Part shown: positions 55,891-64,000 of the stretch, one piece after another
Position numbering within the stretch: position 1 is the stretch's first letter
How the letters are laid out: each line of letters opens with the position of its first letter
Virus record (IMG/VR): IMGVR_UViG_3300030060_008361
Span: 33,257 to 97,256 of that record
Length of the DNA stretch: 64,000 bases
Source of the DNA: a virus
Strand: one strand, 5' to 3'
The notes under the pieces: model-generated
Database searches by the model: none
Seen by the model: the letters and a program-made list of their open reading frames with translations, nothing else
Told to the model about the DNA's origin: nothing
Made by a program: the position numbers and the translations under genes

Positions 55891-58800
55891 ATGAGATTTG
55901 CTCATATTGCGGACACACACATCCGCAACCTAAAGTATCATTTTGAATATAGAGAAGTATTCAAACAATTATATAAATCACTAAAAGAAGAAAAAGTAGA
56001 TTACATCGTTCACTGCGGAGATATCGCACACACTAAAACACAAATATCACCAGAGTTTGTGGACATGTGTCGTGAGTTCTTTGAGAGTTTAGCAGAAATA
56101 GCACCAACCTATATTATACTAGGCAATCACGATGGCAACTTAAGAAATGGCAGCAGACAAGATGCCCTGTCGCCTATTGCCCGGGCCATAAACTCTCCAA
56201 GGCTTACTCTTATTAAGAATGCAGGAGAAGTAAAACTTACAGATGAGTTCTGCTTAAACGTTCTTTCTGTGTTTGATGAGGACAATTGGGTCAAGCCAAC
56301 TGACACTGGTGCGATTAATATAGCACTATATCATGGTGCGATTGACAAGTCTAAGACAGATAGTAATTGGACATTAGGAGGTGACCATGACATTGGGATT
56401 TTCGATCACTTTGATTTTGCTTTTCTTGGTGATATTCACAAAACACAAAAATTAGATAAAGAAGGTCGTATTTGGTATGCTGGCTCCACAGTCCAGCAGA
56501 ACTTTGGCGAGTCCTTGGATAAAGGCTATCTATTGTGGGACATTGAAAGCAAGGATGAGTTTGTCAATAGACTTATCACTTTCAACAACCCAAAGCCATT
56601 CGTTACACTAGAACTGACAAAGGCAGGAAACTTACCAAGAAAGAAGCCACCAGAAGGAGCAAGACTTCGTATTGTTTCTGATGAGAACGTAACTCTCGAC
56701 AAGGTAAGAAAAGCAGTAGACATTGTAAAATACAAGTACAAACCAGAGTCAGTTACCTATCTTAACAGAGCAGCCGGCAAGCAGATAACAGTACAAGCTC
56801 CTGAGGGTTTGAAAAAGCAAGACCTCCGCGATCTTAAAACGCAAGAAACACTTATGCAGGAATACCTAAAGGAATATGATGTTACTGACGAAGTGATGAC
56901 TAAGGTATATGAACTAAACAAGAAATACAATGTACAAATTGAAGAAGACGAAGATGTGTTGAGAAACGTACATTGGTCCTTACAGAGCTTAGAATGGGAC
57001 AACCTGTTCAACTATGGCGACGGCAATAGCGTTGACTTCACCAAGTTAGAGGGCATTGTAGGCATCTTCGGCAAGAACTATTCAGGTAAGTCCTCTATTG
57101 TAGATACTTTACTATATTCTCTCTACAACTCCACTAGTAAATCTATTAGAAAGAACCTAAACATCATTAACCAGAATCGTGATGATTGTAGAGCGGCTGC
57201 GACTATAAAGATTGATGATAATGAATATGTTGTAGAAAGAGTCTCTGAGAAGTATACAAAGCGCTTAAAGGGTGTTGAGACCCTAGAGGCAAGCACTGAC
57301 CTTGAGTTCTATAGAAAAGACCTTACAGGGAACGTAGAGGGGCTTAATGGAACATCTAGACAGGACACAGACAAGAACGTAAGAAAGTATTTTGGAACGC
57401 TAAACGACTTCCTCATGACCTCTATGGCTAGCCAGCTTGATTCATTATCATTTATCAACGAGGGTTCGACTAAGCGTAAAGAATTCTTGGCTAAGTTTCT
57501 TGACCTACAAATCTTTGATAAGAAGTTTAAGATGGCAAAAGAAGACTCTGCTATGACTAAGGCCGCCCTAAGGAGACTAGAGGGTACTGACTTTGAGACG
57601 CAAATATCTGAAGTCAAAAGAGATATCACAAAAAGCGAACTTGGTATTGAGTCCAATAAAGCATCATGTTTAGAAATCAGAGACACTATATCAGATGCGA
57701 ACAAAGAGATGATAGCAATAGAGGCAAAGATTGAGTCGGTCCCAGCGGAGATTATTGACCCTGTGATGACTTCACGAGCTATCAGAACAAAAGAAAAAAC
57801 AATTCTTGATATCACCTCCAAAAAAACAAAATCTATAGAAGAGCTTAGGCTCAGCGAGGACAAGTATGAAAAGATTGCTAGCTTTGTAGAGAAGTTCGAT
57901 ATCGCTTCATACATGGAAAAGAAAGAACTCATTACTCAGAATAAGAAAAAGATAGATGAGCTTGTTCATAGTATTAAGTTACAGAGCGAAGCAAGAGATA
58001 GAAACATAAAGAAGCAAGATTTACTGAGAGATGTGCCATGTGGTTCACAATTTCCATCTTGCAAGTTCATTAAGGATGCACACCAAGCTGGTGAGCTTAT
58101 TCAGATTTGCGAGTCCAAGATATCTACTTTCTCAAGAGATGTAAACAAGGCTGGAGAAGACCTAAGAGAGAATGACCCAGATACTATTGAGAGCCATATA
58201 GCTAAATATAATCTTCTTCTTGAGAAGCGAAACGTTTTAGCTACAAGTATTGCTAACAATAAGTTGTTTATCGAAAAGGCAGAAAGCTCACTGTTCAAAG
58301 AGCAAGTTGAGCTTCAAGATCTTGAAAGTAAAAGCTTTGAATATGAGCAGAATAAAGATGCAATCGAAAACCTTAAAGAATTAATCTCATCACGAGATGA
58401 AAAGAAAGTCTTTATTAGAAAGTGCGAATCAAAACTTCAAGATTGTGAAAACAAGATTATGGCTCTGCACAAGAAGCATGGCTCACTAGAACAGAAATTA
58501 AGGCACCTAGAAGAGGGTTTTGAAGAATACGAAACACTTAAAGATGACTTTGCAGCATATCACTTGCTTATGACCTGTTGTCATCCTAATGGTGTGTCGT
58601 ATGAGATTATCAAGGAACGCTTACCGTTTATTAATCAGGAGATCGCAAAGATACTTACAAACATTGTTGACTTCGAGGTATTCATCACTAATGCAGATGA
58701 CAAGCTTGATATTCTTATTAAACACCCCAAGCATGACGCGAGACCACTAGAGATGGGCTCGGGAGCAGAAAAGACTATCGCAGCCATGGCGATCCGCCTA

Positions 58801-59028
58801 GCTTTTCTTACGGTTTCAAGTTTGCCTAAGTCCGACCTATTTATATTAGATGAGCCTGGCACAGCACTTGATGAAGAGAACATGGAAGGCTTTGTTAGGA
58901 TTTTAGATATGATAAAGGGGTACTTTAAAACAGTTATTCTTATTTCGCATCTAGATAGTCTAAAGGATTGTGTTGATATGCAAATCAATATCGAAAGAAA
59001 AGATGGATTTGCTCATGTAAACATTTAG
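55891..59028 (+). CDS. Fused SbcD-SbcC (Mre11-Rad50; T4 gp47-gp46-like) nuclease/ATPase
   Basis: ADTH, CGDI, GNHD, HG, LGDIH phosphoesterase motifs; GKNYSGKSS Walker A, coiled coil, GSGAE signature, ILDEP Walker B, ISH. Confidence 0.93.
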   Translation: MRFAHIADTHIRNLKYHFEYREVFKQLYKSLKEEKVDYIVHCGDIAHTKTQISPEFVDMCREFFESLAEIAPTYIILGNHDGNLRNGSRQDALSPIARAINSPRLTLIKNAGEVKLTDEFCLNVLSVFDEDNWVKPTDTGAINIALYHGAIDKSKTDSNWTLGGDHDIGIFDHFDFAFLGDIHKTQKLDKEGRIWYAGSTVQQNFGESLDKGYLLWDIESKDEFVNRLITFNNPKPFVTLELTKAGNLPRKKPPEGARLRIVSDENVTLDKVRKAVDIVKYKYKPESVTYLNRAAGKQITVQAPEGLKKQDLRDLKTQETLMQEYLKEYDVTDEVMTKVYELNKKYNVQIEEDEDVLRNVHWSLQSLEWDNLFNYGDGNSVDFTKLEGIVGIFGKNYSGKSSIVDTLLYSLYNSTSKSIRKNLNIINQNRDDCRAAATIKIDDNEYVVERVSEKYTKRLKGVETLEASTDLEFYRKDLTGNVEGLNGTSRQDTDKNVRKYFGTLNDFLMTSMASQLDSLSFINEGSTKRKEFLAKFLDLQIFDKKFKMAKEDSAMTKAALRRLEGTDFETQISEVKRDITKSELGIESNKASCLEIRDTISDANKEMIAIEAKIESVPAEIIDPVMTSRAIRTKEKTILDITSKKTKSIEELRLSEDKYEKIASFVEKFDIASYMEKKELITQNKKKIDELVHSIKLQSEARDRNIKKQDLLRDVPCGSQFPSCKFIKDAHQAGELIQICESKISTFSRDVNKAGEDLRENDPDTIESHIAKYNLLLEKRNVLATSIANNKLFIEKAESSLFKEQVELQDLESKSFEYEQNKDAIENLKELISSRDEKKVFIRKCESKLQDCENKIMALHKKHGSLEQKLRHLEEGFEEYETLKDDFAAYHLLMTCCHPNGVSYEIIKERLPFINQEIAKILTNIVDFEVFITNADDKLDILIKHPKHDARPLEMGSGAEKTIAAMAIRLAFLTVSSLPKSDLFILDEPGTALDEENMEGFVRILDMIKGYFKTVILISHLDSLKDCVDMQINIERKDGFAHVNI

Positions 59029-59036
59029 GAGGACCT

Positions 59037-59246
59037 ATGAGCATGGTAGATAAGATAAAGGCAATTGCCGACAAATATACAGAAAGATTTATATCAAGAA
59101 AGTTTTTGGCATGGATTACAGCAACTGGTCTGTGCGTGTATGGTACAGTGACAAGTAGCGACTGGGTCGCAGTTACCCTAGCCTACATTGGGTCACAAGC
59201 CTTAGTTGACCTTGCAGTTAAATGGAAGCATGGACCAAGCGAATGA
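59037..59246 (+). CDS. Putative holin (two TM helices)
   Basis: SRKFLAWITATGLCVYG / WVAVTLAYIGSQALVD; AGGAGG RBS. Confidence 0.6.
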   Translation: MSMVDKIKAIADKYTERFISRKFLAWITATGLCVYGTVTSSDWVAVTLAYIGSQALVDLAVKWKHGPSE

Positions 59247-59650
59247 TGAGCTGGTTAGTTGTTAAAAAGACTCTTAAATCTTCTTGGCTTTGGCTAAAAA
59301 CGTATTGGCACGTACCGCTACTAATTATCTGGAGTATTGTAGTGTATGTATTATCAAAGAGAAACACAGATGCACTAGTCGAAGTAATGGAAGCCAGAAA
59401 AGAATCTTATGAAAAACAAATAAACGAGTTAAAAACTCGCCACAATAATGAGATTATAGAGAGAGACAGATTAATAAAACAATATCATGAAACAGTTTCT
59501 GCTATTGAGAAGAAGTATGAAGAACAAAAAAAGAAACTGAAAGTAAAAGAAAAGAAAAAGATTAAAGAGATTATTAAAAAGTCCAAAGGAGAACCAGATG
59601 TTATCAAAGCTGAGATTGAAAAAAGCTTTGGCTTTGTTTTTGTTGATTAG
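59243..59650 (+). CDS. Putative i-spanin-like protein (N-terminal TM + coiled coil)
   Basis: VPLLIIWSIVVYVL then a long charged coiled coil; ATGA overlap with the holin stop. Confidence 0.5.
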   Translation: MMSWLVVKKTLKSSWLWLKTYWHVPLLIIWSIVVYVLSKRNTDALVEVMEARKESYEKQINELKTRHNNEIIERDRLIKQYHETVSAIEKKYEEQKKKLKVKEKKKIKEIIKKSKGEPDVIKAEIEKSFGFVFVD

Positions 59651-60050
59651 TTTTATACCGCTTACCCTCCAGGCTCAAGAACAAAGAGGCAGGTACACAA
59701 GGCTATTAGAAGGCAACTCATCACCATTTGATGCTTGGTGTTTTGATGACCCTGCGTTTGCTATCATAAAAACAAAGATTGAGACCATGCAAGAAGCCTG
59801 TGACTTGGCCACTAGAAAGGCAGTAGAACAAGAGCAAGCCAGATATTCCTTAAAAGTAAAAAACCTAGAATTAAGATTGGATACTTTAAAGAAAGAAACA
59901 GACAATATCATTCTTATAAAAGATCAAGAAATCAAGAAGCTAGAACAAGCAGCGCTCAAGCGCCCCGGCGACTACTCTATCTGGTGGGCAACCGGCGGCA
60001 TTGTAGTTGGTGTACTGGGAACATTAGCAATTGTTTTTGCGGTGAAATAA
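59598..60050 (+). CDS. Secreted/membrane coiled-coil protein (signal peptide + C-terminal TM), spanin-like
   Basis: KKALALFLLISFIPLTLQA signal; WWATGGIVVGVLGTLAIVFAV C-terminal TM; AAGGAG RBS inside the upstream gene. Confidence 0.55.
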   Translation: MLSKLRLKKALALFLLISFIPLTLQAQEQRGRYTRLLEGNSSPFDAWCFDDPAFAIIKTKIETMQEACDLATRKAVEQEQARYSLKVKNLELRLDTLKKETDNIILIKDQEIKKLEQAALKRPGDYSIWWATGGIVVGVLGTLAIVFAVK

Positions 60051-60051
60051 A

Positions 60052-60414
60052 ATGGATTATAACGAAATAGCTAAATATGAAAAAGCAATAAAGGATAAAT
60101 ACGGAAATGAAGCGATTCAAAACCCTAAGAAAAACTGGGACGAAAAAAAAGAAGCCAAGTACTTGGAAGAACTCAAAGCTTTTTACAAGGGGTCTTCGCG
60201 CAAAAAGAAACGCGAGAAAACAGAAGGCTTTGAGGTGATTCACAAAAAAGCAGCAAAAGAAGTAGAGCGGACCTGTCCTGTATGTGGTTCGTACTCTATG
60301 AGTTCTAGGGATGATCTGTACATGAACAAGTTTCAGTGCTGCTTTAAATGTTACATTCAGCACGTTGAGGACAGAGAAGAAAGGTGGAAAACAGGCTGGA
60401 GACCTGAAAGATAA
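60052..60414 (+). CDS. Hypothetical zinc-binding protein
   Basis: CPVC...CCFKC. Confidence 0.7.
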   Translation: MDYNEIAKYEKAIKDKYGNEAIQNPKKNWDEKKEAKYLEELKAFYKGSSRKKKREKTEGFEVIHKKAAKEVERTCPVCGSYSMSSRDDLYMNKFQCCFKCYIQHVEDREERWKTGWRPER

Positions 60415-60440
60415 CTATTTATATTGTAAACTATTTATAT
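60413..60440 (+). promoter_or_regulatory. Tandem 12-bp direct repeat AACTATTTATAT (60413-60424, 60429-60440), candidate late promoters
   Basis: Exact duplicate directly before AGAGGA RBS and the 166-aa/TerL/portal genes. Confidence 0.6.
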
Positions 60441-60455
60441 AGAGGATTTTAATAC

Positions 60456-60956
60456 ATGGCTACTACTTTAGAAATCGTTAATGCTATATCGCAAGTTCTT
60501 GCGAATACTTATGATGGTGCTCTTGATGAGAGTGGAGAACCGGTCAAGATTGGTCTCCGCAGAGAAGAGGGTAATCCGCTTGTTGACCATAGGGTTATGG
60601 ATGGCTTCGGCGCCCATGTATCCGCGGATCGTCTTCACATCAAATACCATGCCGAGATCCCCCTTAAAGAAGTACACGCAAACGGTTTTGAGGGCGAAAT
60701 GGAATCAATGGTTGAAAAGGTCAAGTCTTTCATTCAGAAAGAGTACAATAAGATTGCAAAAGGCTCGCTTTCACTTTCTGATCCAAGCGAGGTTGATGTT
60801 CTTGTTGAGTATATTTCCCGAATCAGGTGTAGCGTAAAAGTTCACAAGTGCTATAAGATTGGTGGCACTGATGCAGAATCCAAAGACGGAGACAGCGATG
60901 AACGACCAACCGACCCAGCGTTTGACAAGATGATGAAATTAGGTGGCCTTAAGTAA
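60456..60956 (+). CDS. Hypothetical protein upstream of TerL
   Basis: RBS, clean ORF. Confidence 0.75.
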   Translation: MATTLEIVNAISQVLANTYDGALDESGEPVKIGLRREEGNPLVDHRVMDGFGAHVSADRLHIKYHAEIPLKEVHANGFEGEMESMVEKVKSFIQKEYNKIAKGSLSLSDPSEVDVLVEYISRIRCSVKVHKCYKIGGTDAESKDGDSDERPTDPAFDKMMKLGGLK

Positions 60957-60965
60957 GAGGGCTAA

Positions 60966-62552
60966 ATGACAGTTCGTCTAACCAAGAAAGAAATAATGAA
61001 AGAGATAGTCAAGTGTGGAAAGACACCAGACTATTTTATCAACACTTACGCAAAGATTACTCATCCACAAAAAGGCCTAATACCTTTTCATCTTTACAAT
61101 TTTCAAAAAGATTTATTGAATCATTTCCAAGATTATCGCTTCAATGTAATATTGAAAGCGCGTCAGCTTGGCATATCAACCATATCAGCTGCTTATGTTG
61201 CCTGGTTGATGATGTTTCATCGTGAGAAGAATGTTCTTGTTATAGCGACAAAGTTTAGCACAGCAGCAAACCTAGTAAAGAAAGTAAAAGCAATAATAAA
61301 GAATCTACCAGAGTGGTTAAGAATTTCTAATGTTGACATTGACAATAGAACAAGTTTCGTACTTTCTAACGGCTCACAGATAAAAGCCTCATCCACATCA
61401 GGCGATGCTGGTCGTTCAGAGGCCTTGTCTCTGTTGGTGATCGATGAGGCTGCCCACGTTGAGGGTCTAGAAGACCTGTGGATGGGTCTCTACCCTACAC
61501 TATCTACTGGTGGTCGCTGTATAGCTCTCTCAACTCCAAATGGTGTTGGTAACTGGTTTCACAAGATATATACCGAAGCAGAAAGTCAAGAGAATGATTT
61601 TCATCCAACGATTCTTCCATGGCAGGTTCACCCAGATAGAGACCAAGCTTGGTTTGAGAAAGAGACGAAAAACATGTCTCGTAGAGAAATAGCTCAAGAA
61701 CTTGAATGTAATTTTAATATGTCAGGCGAAACGGTTTTTGCAGCAGACGATTTAGAAAAGTATCTTAATATGGCCCGAGAACCAAAATATAGAACGGGAT
61801 TTGATAGAAATCTTTGGATATGGGAAAACTATCAAGAGGGTAGGAGTTATTTTATATCTGCCGATGTTGCTAGAGGTGATGGGAAGGACTTTTCGACAGC
61901 AGTAGTGTTTGATATCGGAACCATGGAGCTTGTGGCTGAATATAGAGGAAAATTAACCCCTGATCTTTTTTCTAAAGTTTTGTATGATATTGGTGTAGAA
62001 TATGGTAAGTGCTTATTGGTTGTAGAAAATAACACGGTTGGCTTTGCTGTGCTTGATAAGTTAAGAGAGGCGCAATATCCAAATCTTTATTATTCAATTA
62101 AATCAACTCATGAATATGTAGAGGAACATATAGCGGAAAATTTAAACAATGCCGTCGCTGGTTTTTCAATGACTTCTAAAACAAGGCCGCTAATAGTGGC
62201 AAAGATGGAAGAATTCATAAGAAATGACCTAATTAAAATATATTCTACTCGCATTTTAAGTGAAATGAAAACTTTTGTTTGGAATAATGGTAGAGCAGAG
62301 GCAATGAGGTCTTATAACGATGACTTGATTATGGCCACAGCAGTTGCTTGTTGGATTAGGGACACAGCTCTAGCAACAAACCAAAGAGACGTAGAATACA
62401 GTAAGGCATTTGTGGGAGCGATAACGAAGACCAGCCATGAACTAGACACAAGAATAAATGGTATGATCGGAGTCAGAAACATGAAACTTCAAAAAGATGC
62501 GAACAAGCATGTGAAAACCTTAAGTGATTTTCCATGGCTATTTAAGGGATAA
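60966..62552 (+). CDS. terL: Terminase large subunit (T4 gp17-like)
   Basis: LKARQLGIST Walker A, LVIDEAA Walker B, STPNG, QELEC, ADVARGDGKDFS, VENN, NDDLIMA. Confidence 0.96.
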   Translation: MTVRLTKKEIMKEIVKCGKTPDYFINTYAKITHPQKGLIPFHLYNFQKDLLNHFQDYRFNVILKARQLGISTISAAYVAWLMMFHREKNVLVIATKFSTAANLVKKVKAIIKNLPEWLRISNVDIDNRTSFVLSNGSQIKASSTSGDAGRSEALSLLVIDEAAHVEGLEDLWMGLYPTLSTGGRCIALSTPNGVGNWFHKIYTEAESQENDFHPTILPWQVHPDRDQAWFEKETKNMSRREIAQELECNFNMSGETVFAADDLEKYLNMAREPKYRTGFDRNLWIWENYQEGRSYFISADVARGDGKDFSTAVVFDIGTMELVAEYRGKLTPDLFSKVLYDIGVEYGKCLLVVENNTVGFAVLDKLREAQYPNLYYSIKSTHEYVEEHIAENLNNAVAGFSMTSKTRPLIVAKMEEFIRNDLIKIYSTRILSEMKTFVWNNGRAEAMRSYNDDLIMATAVACWIRDTALATNQRDVEYSKAFVGAITKTSHELDTRINGMIGVRNMKLQKDANKHVKTLSDFPWLFKG

Positions 62553-62555
62553 ACC

Positions 62556-64000
62556 ATGTCAGATAAAAAGAAGATAAACAAAAACAGCACAAGAAATCCT
62601 CAAAGCCTATTGTTTAGGAGATTAACGAGACTACTGTCGGGACCTCTAACTAACTATAGAACTCAAACAAATCATAGATTACGTAGGATTGATCTAGATA
62701 AATACTCGTCAAAGTTTACTTCTGCCGGCGGAAAGGATTTTAAGAAAACAGCATACAACCCATATGACAACTTACAAGCTCAAGCCATGGCCAGTATGCA
62801 AAGAACAGAACGCTATGTTGATTTTGATCAAATGGAGTATACACCAGAGATAGCATCAGCGATGGATATCTATGCTGATGAGATGACGACTCACAGCTCA
62901 TTGAATAGCGTTCTTGATATCAAGACAGACAACGAAGAGATAAAGCTTATATTACGAACTTTATACTATGATATTTTAAACATAGAATATAATTTGTTTT
63001 CTTGGTGCCGCGCTATGTGTAAGTACGGCGACTTTTTTCTTTATTTGGATCTAGATGAAAGTCTTGGGATAACAAGTGTCATAGGTTTACCAACTCAAGA
63101 GGTAGAAAGACTAGAAGGGGAGGACAAGTCCAATCCCAATTATCTACAGTATCAGTGGAACTCAGCCGGCTTAACCTTTGAAAATTGGCAGGTGGCACAT
63201 TTCAGGGTGCTTGGTAATGATAAGTATTCTCCATATGGCACCTCTGTTCTTGAGCCGGCCCGACGAATATGGCGCCAGCTTACTTTGCTTGAAGATGCTA
63301 TGATGGCATACAGGATTGTGCGCTCACCAGAAAGAAGAGCATTCTATATCGACGTTGGTAATATTCCTCCACAAGATGTAGAGCAATATATGCAGAAAGC
63401 AATGACCCAAATGAAGAGAAACCAGGTTGTCGATCCAGACACCGGTCGAGTAGACCTTCGATACAACCCACTATCCGTTGAGGAAGATTACTTTATTCCT
63501 GTTCGCGGTGGCACTAGTGGTACAAAGATTGAGTCCATTGCTGGAGGCAAGTACACTGGAGATATCGATGACGTAAAGTATCTACGAGACAAATTGTTTT
63601 CAGCTCTAAAGATTCCAGCTAGTTATCTGTCCTCTGATGCTGAGAAAGCCCAAGAAGATAAAACAACCCTGGCACAAAAAGATATAAGATTTGCCCGAAC
63701 AGTACAAAGACTTCAAAGGTCCATTATAACAGAACTAGAAAAGGTTGGAATTATCCATCTTTATACGCTTGGTTATAGAGACGAAGATCTTGTCAGTTTT
63801 AAGGTAGAACTAAACAATCCTTCAAAAATTGCCGAGATGCAGGAGTTAGAGCACTGGAAGACAAAGTTCGACATCGCTTCATCAGCAACAGAAGGGTTCT
63901 TTTCAAAGCAATGGCTAGCAAAGAAGTTGTTCGGAATGTCTGACGATGAATTTGTTCGTTGTCGTAGAGAGATGTTCTATGATCGCCGATTTGAAGCAGC
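62556..64000 (+). CDS. gp20: Portal protein (T4 gp20-like), truncated by the window end; absent from the ORF track
   Basis: Manual translation from ATG 62556: MSDKKK...PEIASAMDIYADE...LLEDAMMAYRIVRSPERRAFYIDVGNIP...EEDYFIPVRGG...IDDVKYLRDKLFSALKIP...DIRFARTVQRLQ. Confidence 0.95.
   Translation, partial: MSDKKKINKNSTRNPQSLLFRRLTRLLSGPLTNYRTQTNHRLRRIDLDKYSSKFTSAGGKDFKKTAYNPYDNLQAQAMASMQRTERYVDFDQMEYTPEIASAMDIYADEMTTHSSLNSVLDIKTDNEEIKLILRTLYYDILNIEYNLFSWCRAMCKYGDFFLYLDLDESLGITSVIGLPTQEVERLEGEDKSNPNYLQYQWNSAGLTFENWQVAHFRVLGNDKYSPYGTSVLEPARRIWRQLTLLEDAMMAYRIVRSPERRAFYIDVGNIPPQDVEQYMQKAMTQMKRNQVVDPDTGRVDLRYNPLSVEEDYFIPVRGGTSGTKIESIAGGKYTGDIDDVKYLRDKLFSALKIPASYLSSDAEKAQEDKTTLAQKDIRFARTVQRLQRSIITELEKVGIIHLYTLGYRDEDLVSFKVELNNPSKIAEMQELEHWKTKFDIASSATEGFFSKQWLAKKLFGMSDDEFVRCRREMFYDRRFEA

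Larger units (their letters stand above)
1..64000 (+). mobile_element. Segment of a large T4-like tailed bacteriophage (probable jumbo myophage) genome
   Basis: T4-type TerL, gp20-like portal, gp25/gp6 baseplate, gp55-like sigma, fused gp47/46-like nuclease and primase; dense single-strand gene packing; no cellular housekeeping genes, integrase or att sites seen. Confidence 0.95.

Noticed and set aside
60966-61016. TerL N-terminus (LTKKEIMKEI) resembling the leader of the 55661 peptide
   Set aside because: Matches the ordinary first helix of T4-type TerL (..E..KC..P.YF)
2083-62035. Numerous minus-strand and nested short ORFs in the ORF track (e.g. 57309-57932, 33804-34292, 46030-46455)
   Set aside because: All are antisense or frame shadows of long + strand genes, with no recognisable motifs
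55891-64000. Inteins or introns in SbcCD, TerL or portal
   Set aside because: Lengths and motif spacing are normal; no intein C/S...HN termini or LAGLIDADG/HNH motifs seen
1-64000. Stop-codon reassignment, tRNAs, CRISPR arrays, DGR template/variable repeats
   Set aside because: Genes tile the window in the standard code with TAA, TAG and TGA all used as stops; intergenic gaps are under 100 bp; no repeat-spacer structure or reverse transcriptase seen

Overview
This 64 kb window is a fragment of a large T4-like (myovirus-type, probably jumbo) bacteriophage genome. It uses the standard genetic code, and every credible gene is on the + strand. Gene order: (1) 0-6.6 kb, an AT-rich nonulosonic-acid (pseudaminic/legionaminic-type) sugar cluster: PhyH-type 2OG-Fe(II) dioxygenase, DegT/PseC aminotransferase, NeuB/PseI synthase, N-formyltransferase, PIG-L deacetylase, PseH-like GNAT, two CstII/Maf-like transferases and a HAD phosphatase. 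(2) Small genes and a gp55-like late sigma factor. (3) A ~45 kb baseplate/tail module with gp5-like, gp25 and gp6 genes, giant ORFs of 4693, 4501 and 2308 aa, and four proteins carrying halves of a tail-fibre N-terminal (DUF3751-like) motif. (4) J-domain protein, RuvC, primase, and a fused SbcD-SbcC behind a near-consensus sigma70 promoter. (5) A holin/spanin-like cassette. (6) Terminase large subunit and a gp20-type portal that runs off the window end. The best candidate for an undescribed system is flagellin-style O-glycosylation of the virion: Maf-like nonulosonate transferases sit beside baseplate proteins selectively enriched in a hydrophobic-[S/T]-[G/A/S]-S motif. Other signals are a recurring intergenic CTA(T/A/C)TTAT motif (candidate late promoter), a ~120-aa module inserted four times in structural proteins, and strong over-representation of GCCGGC/GGCGCC. 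All assignments come from reading motifs by eye; no database searches were run, and counts are manual.
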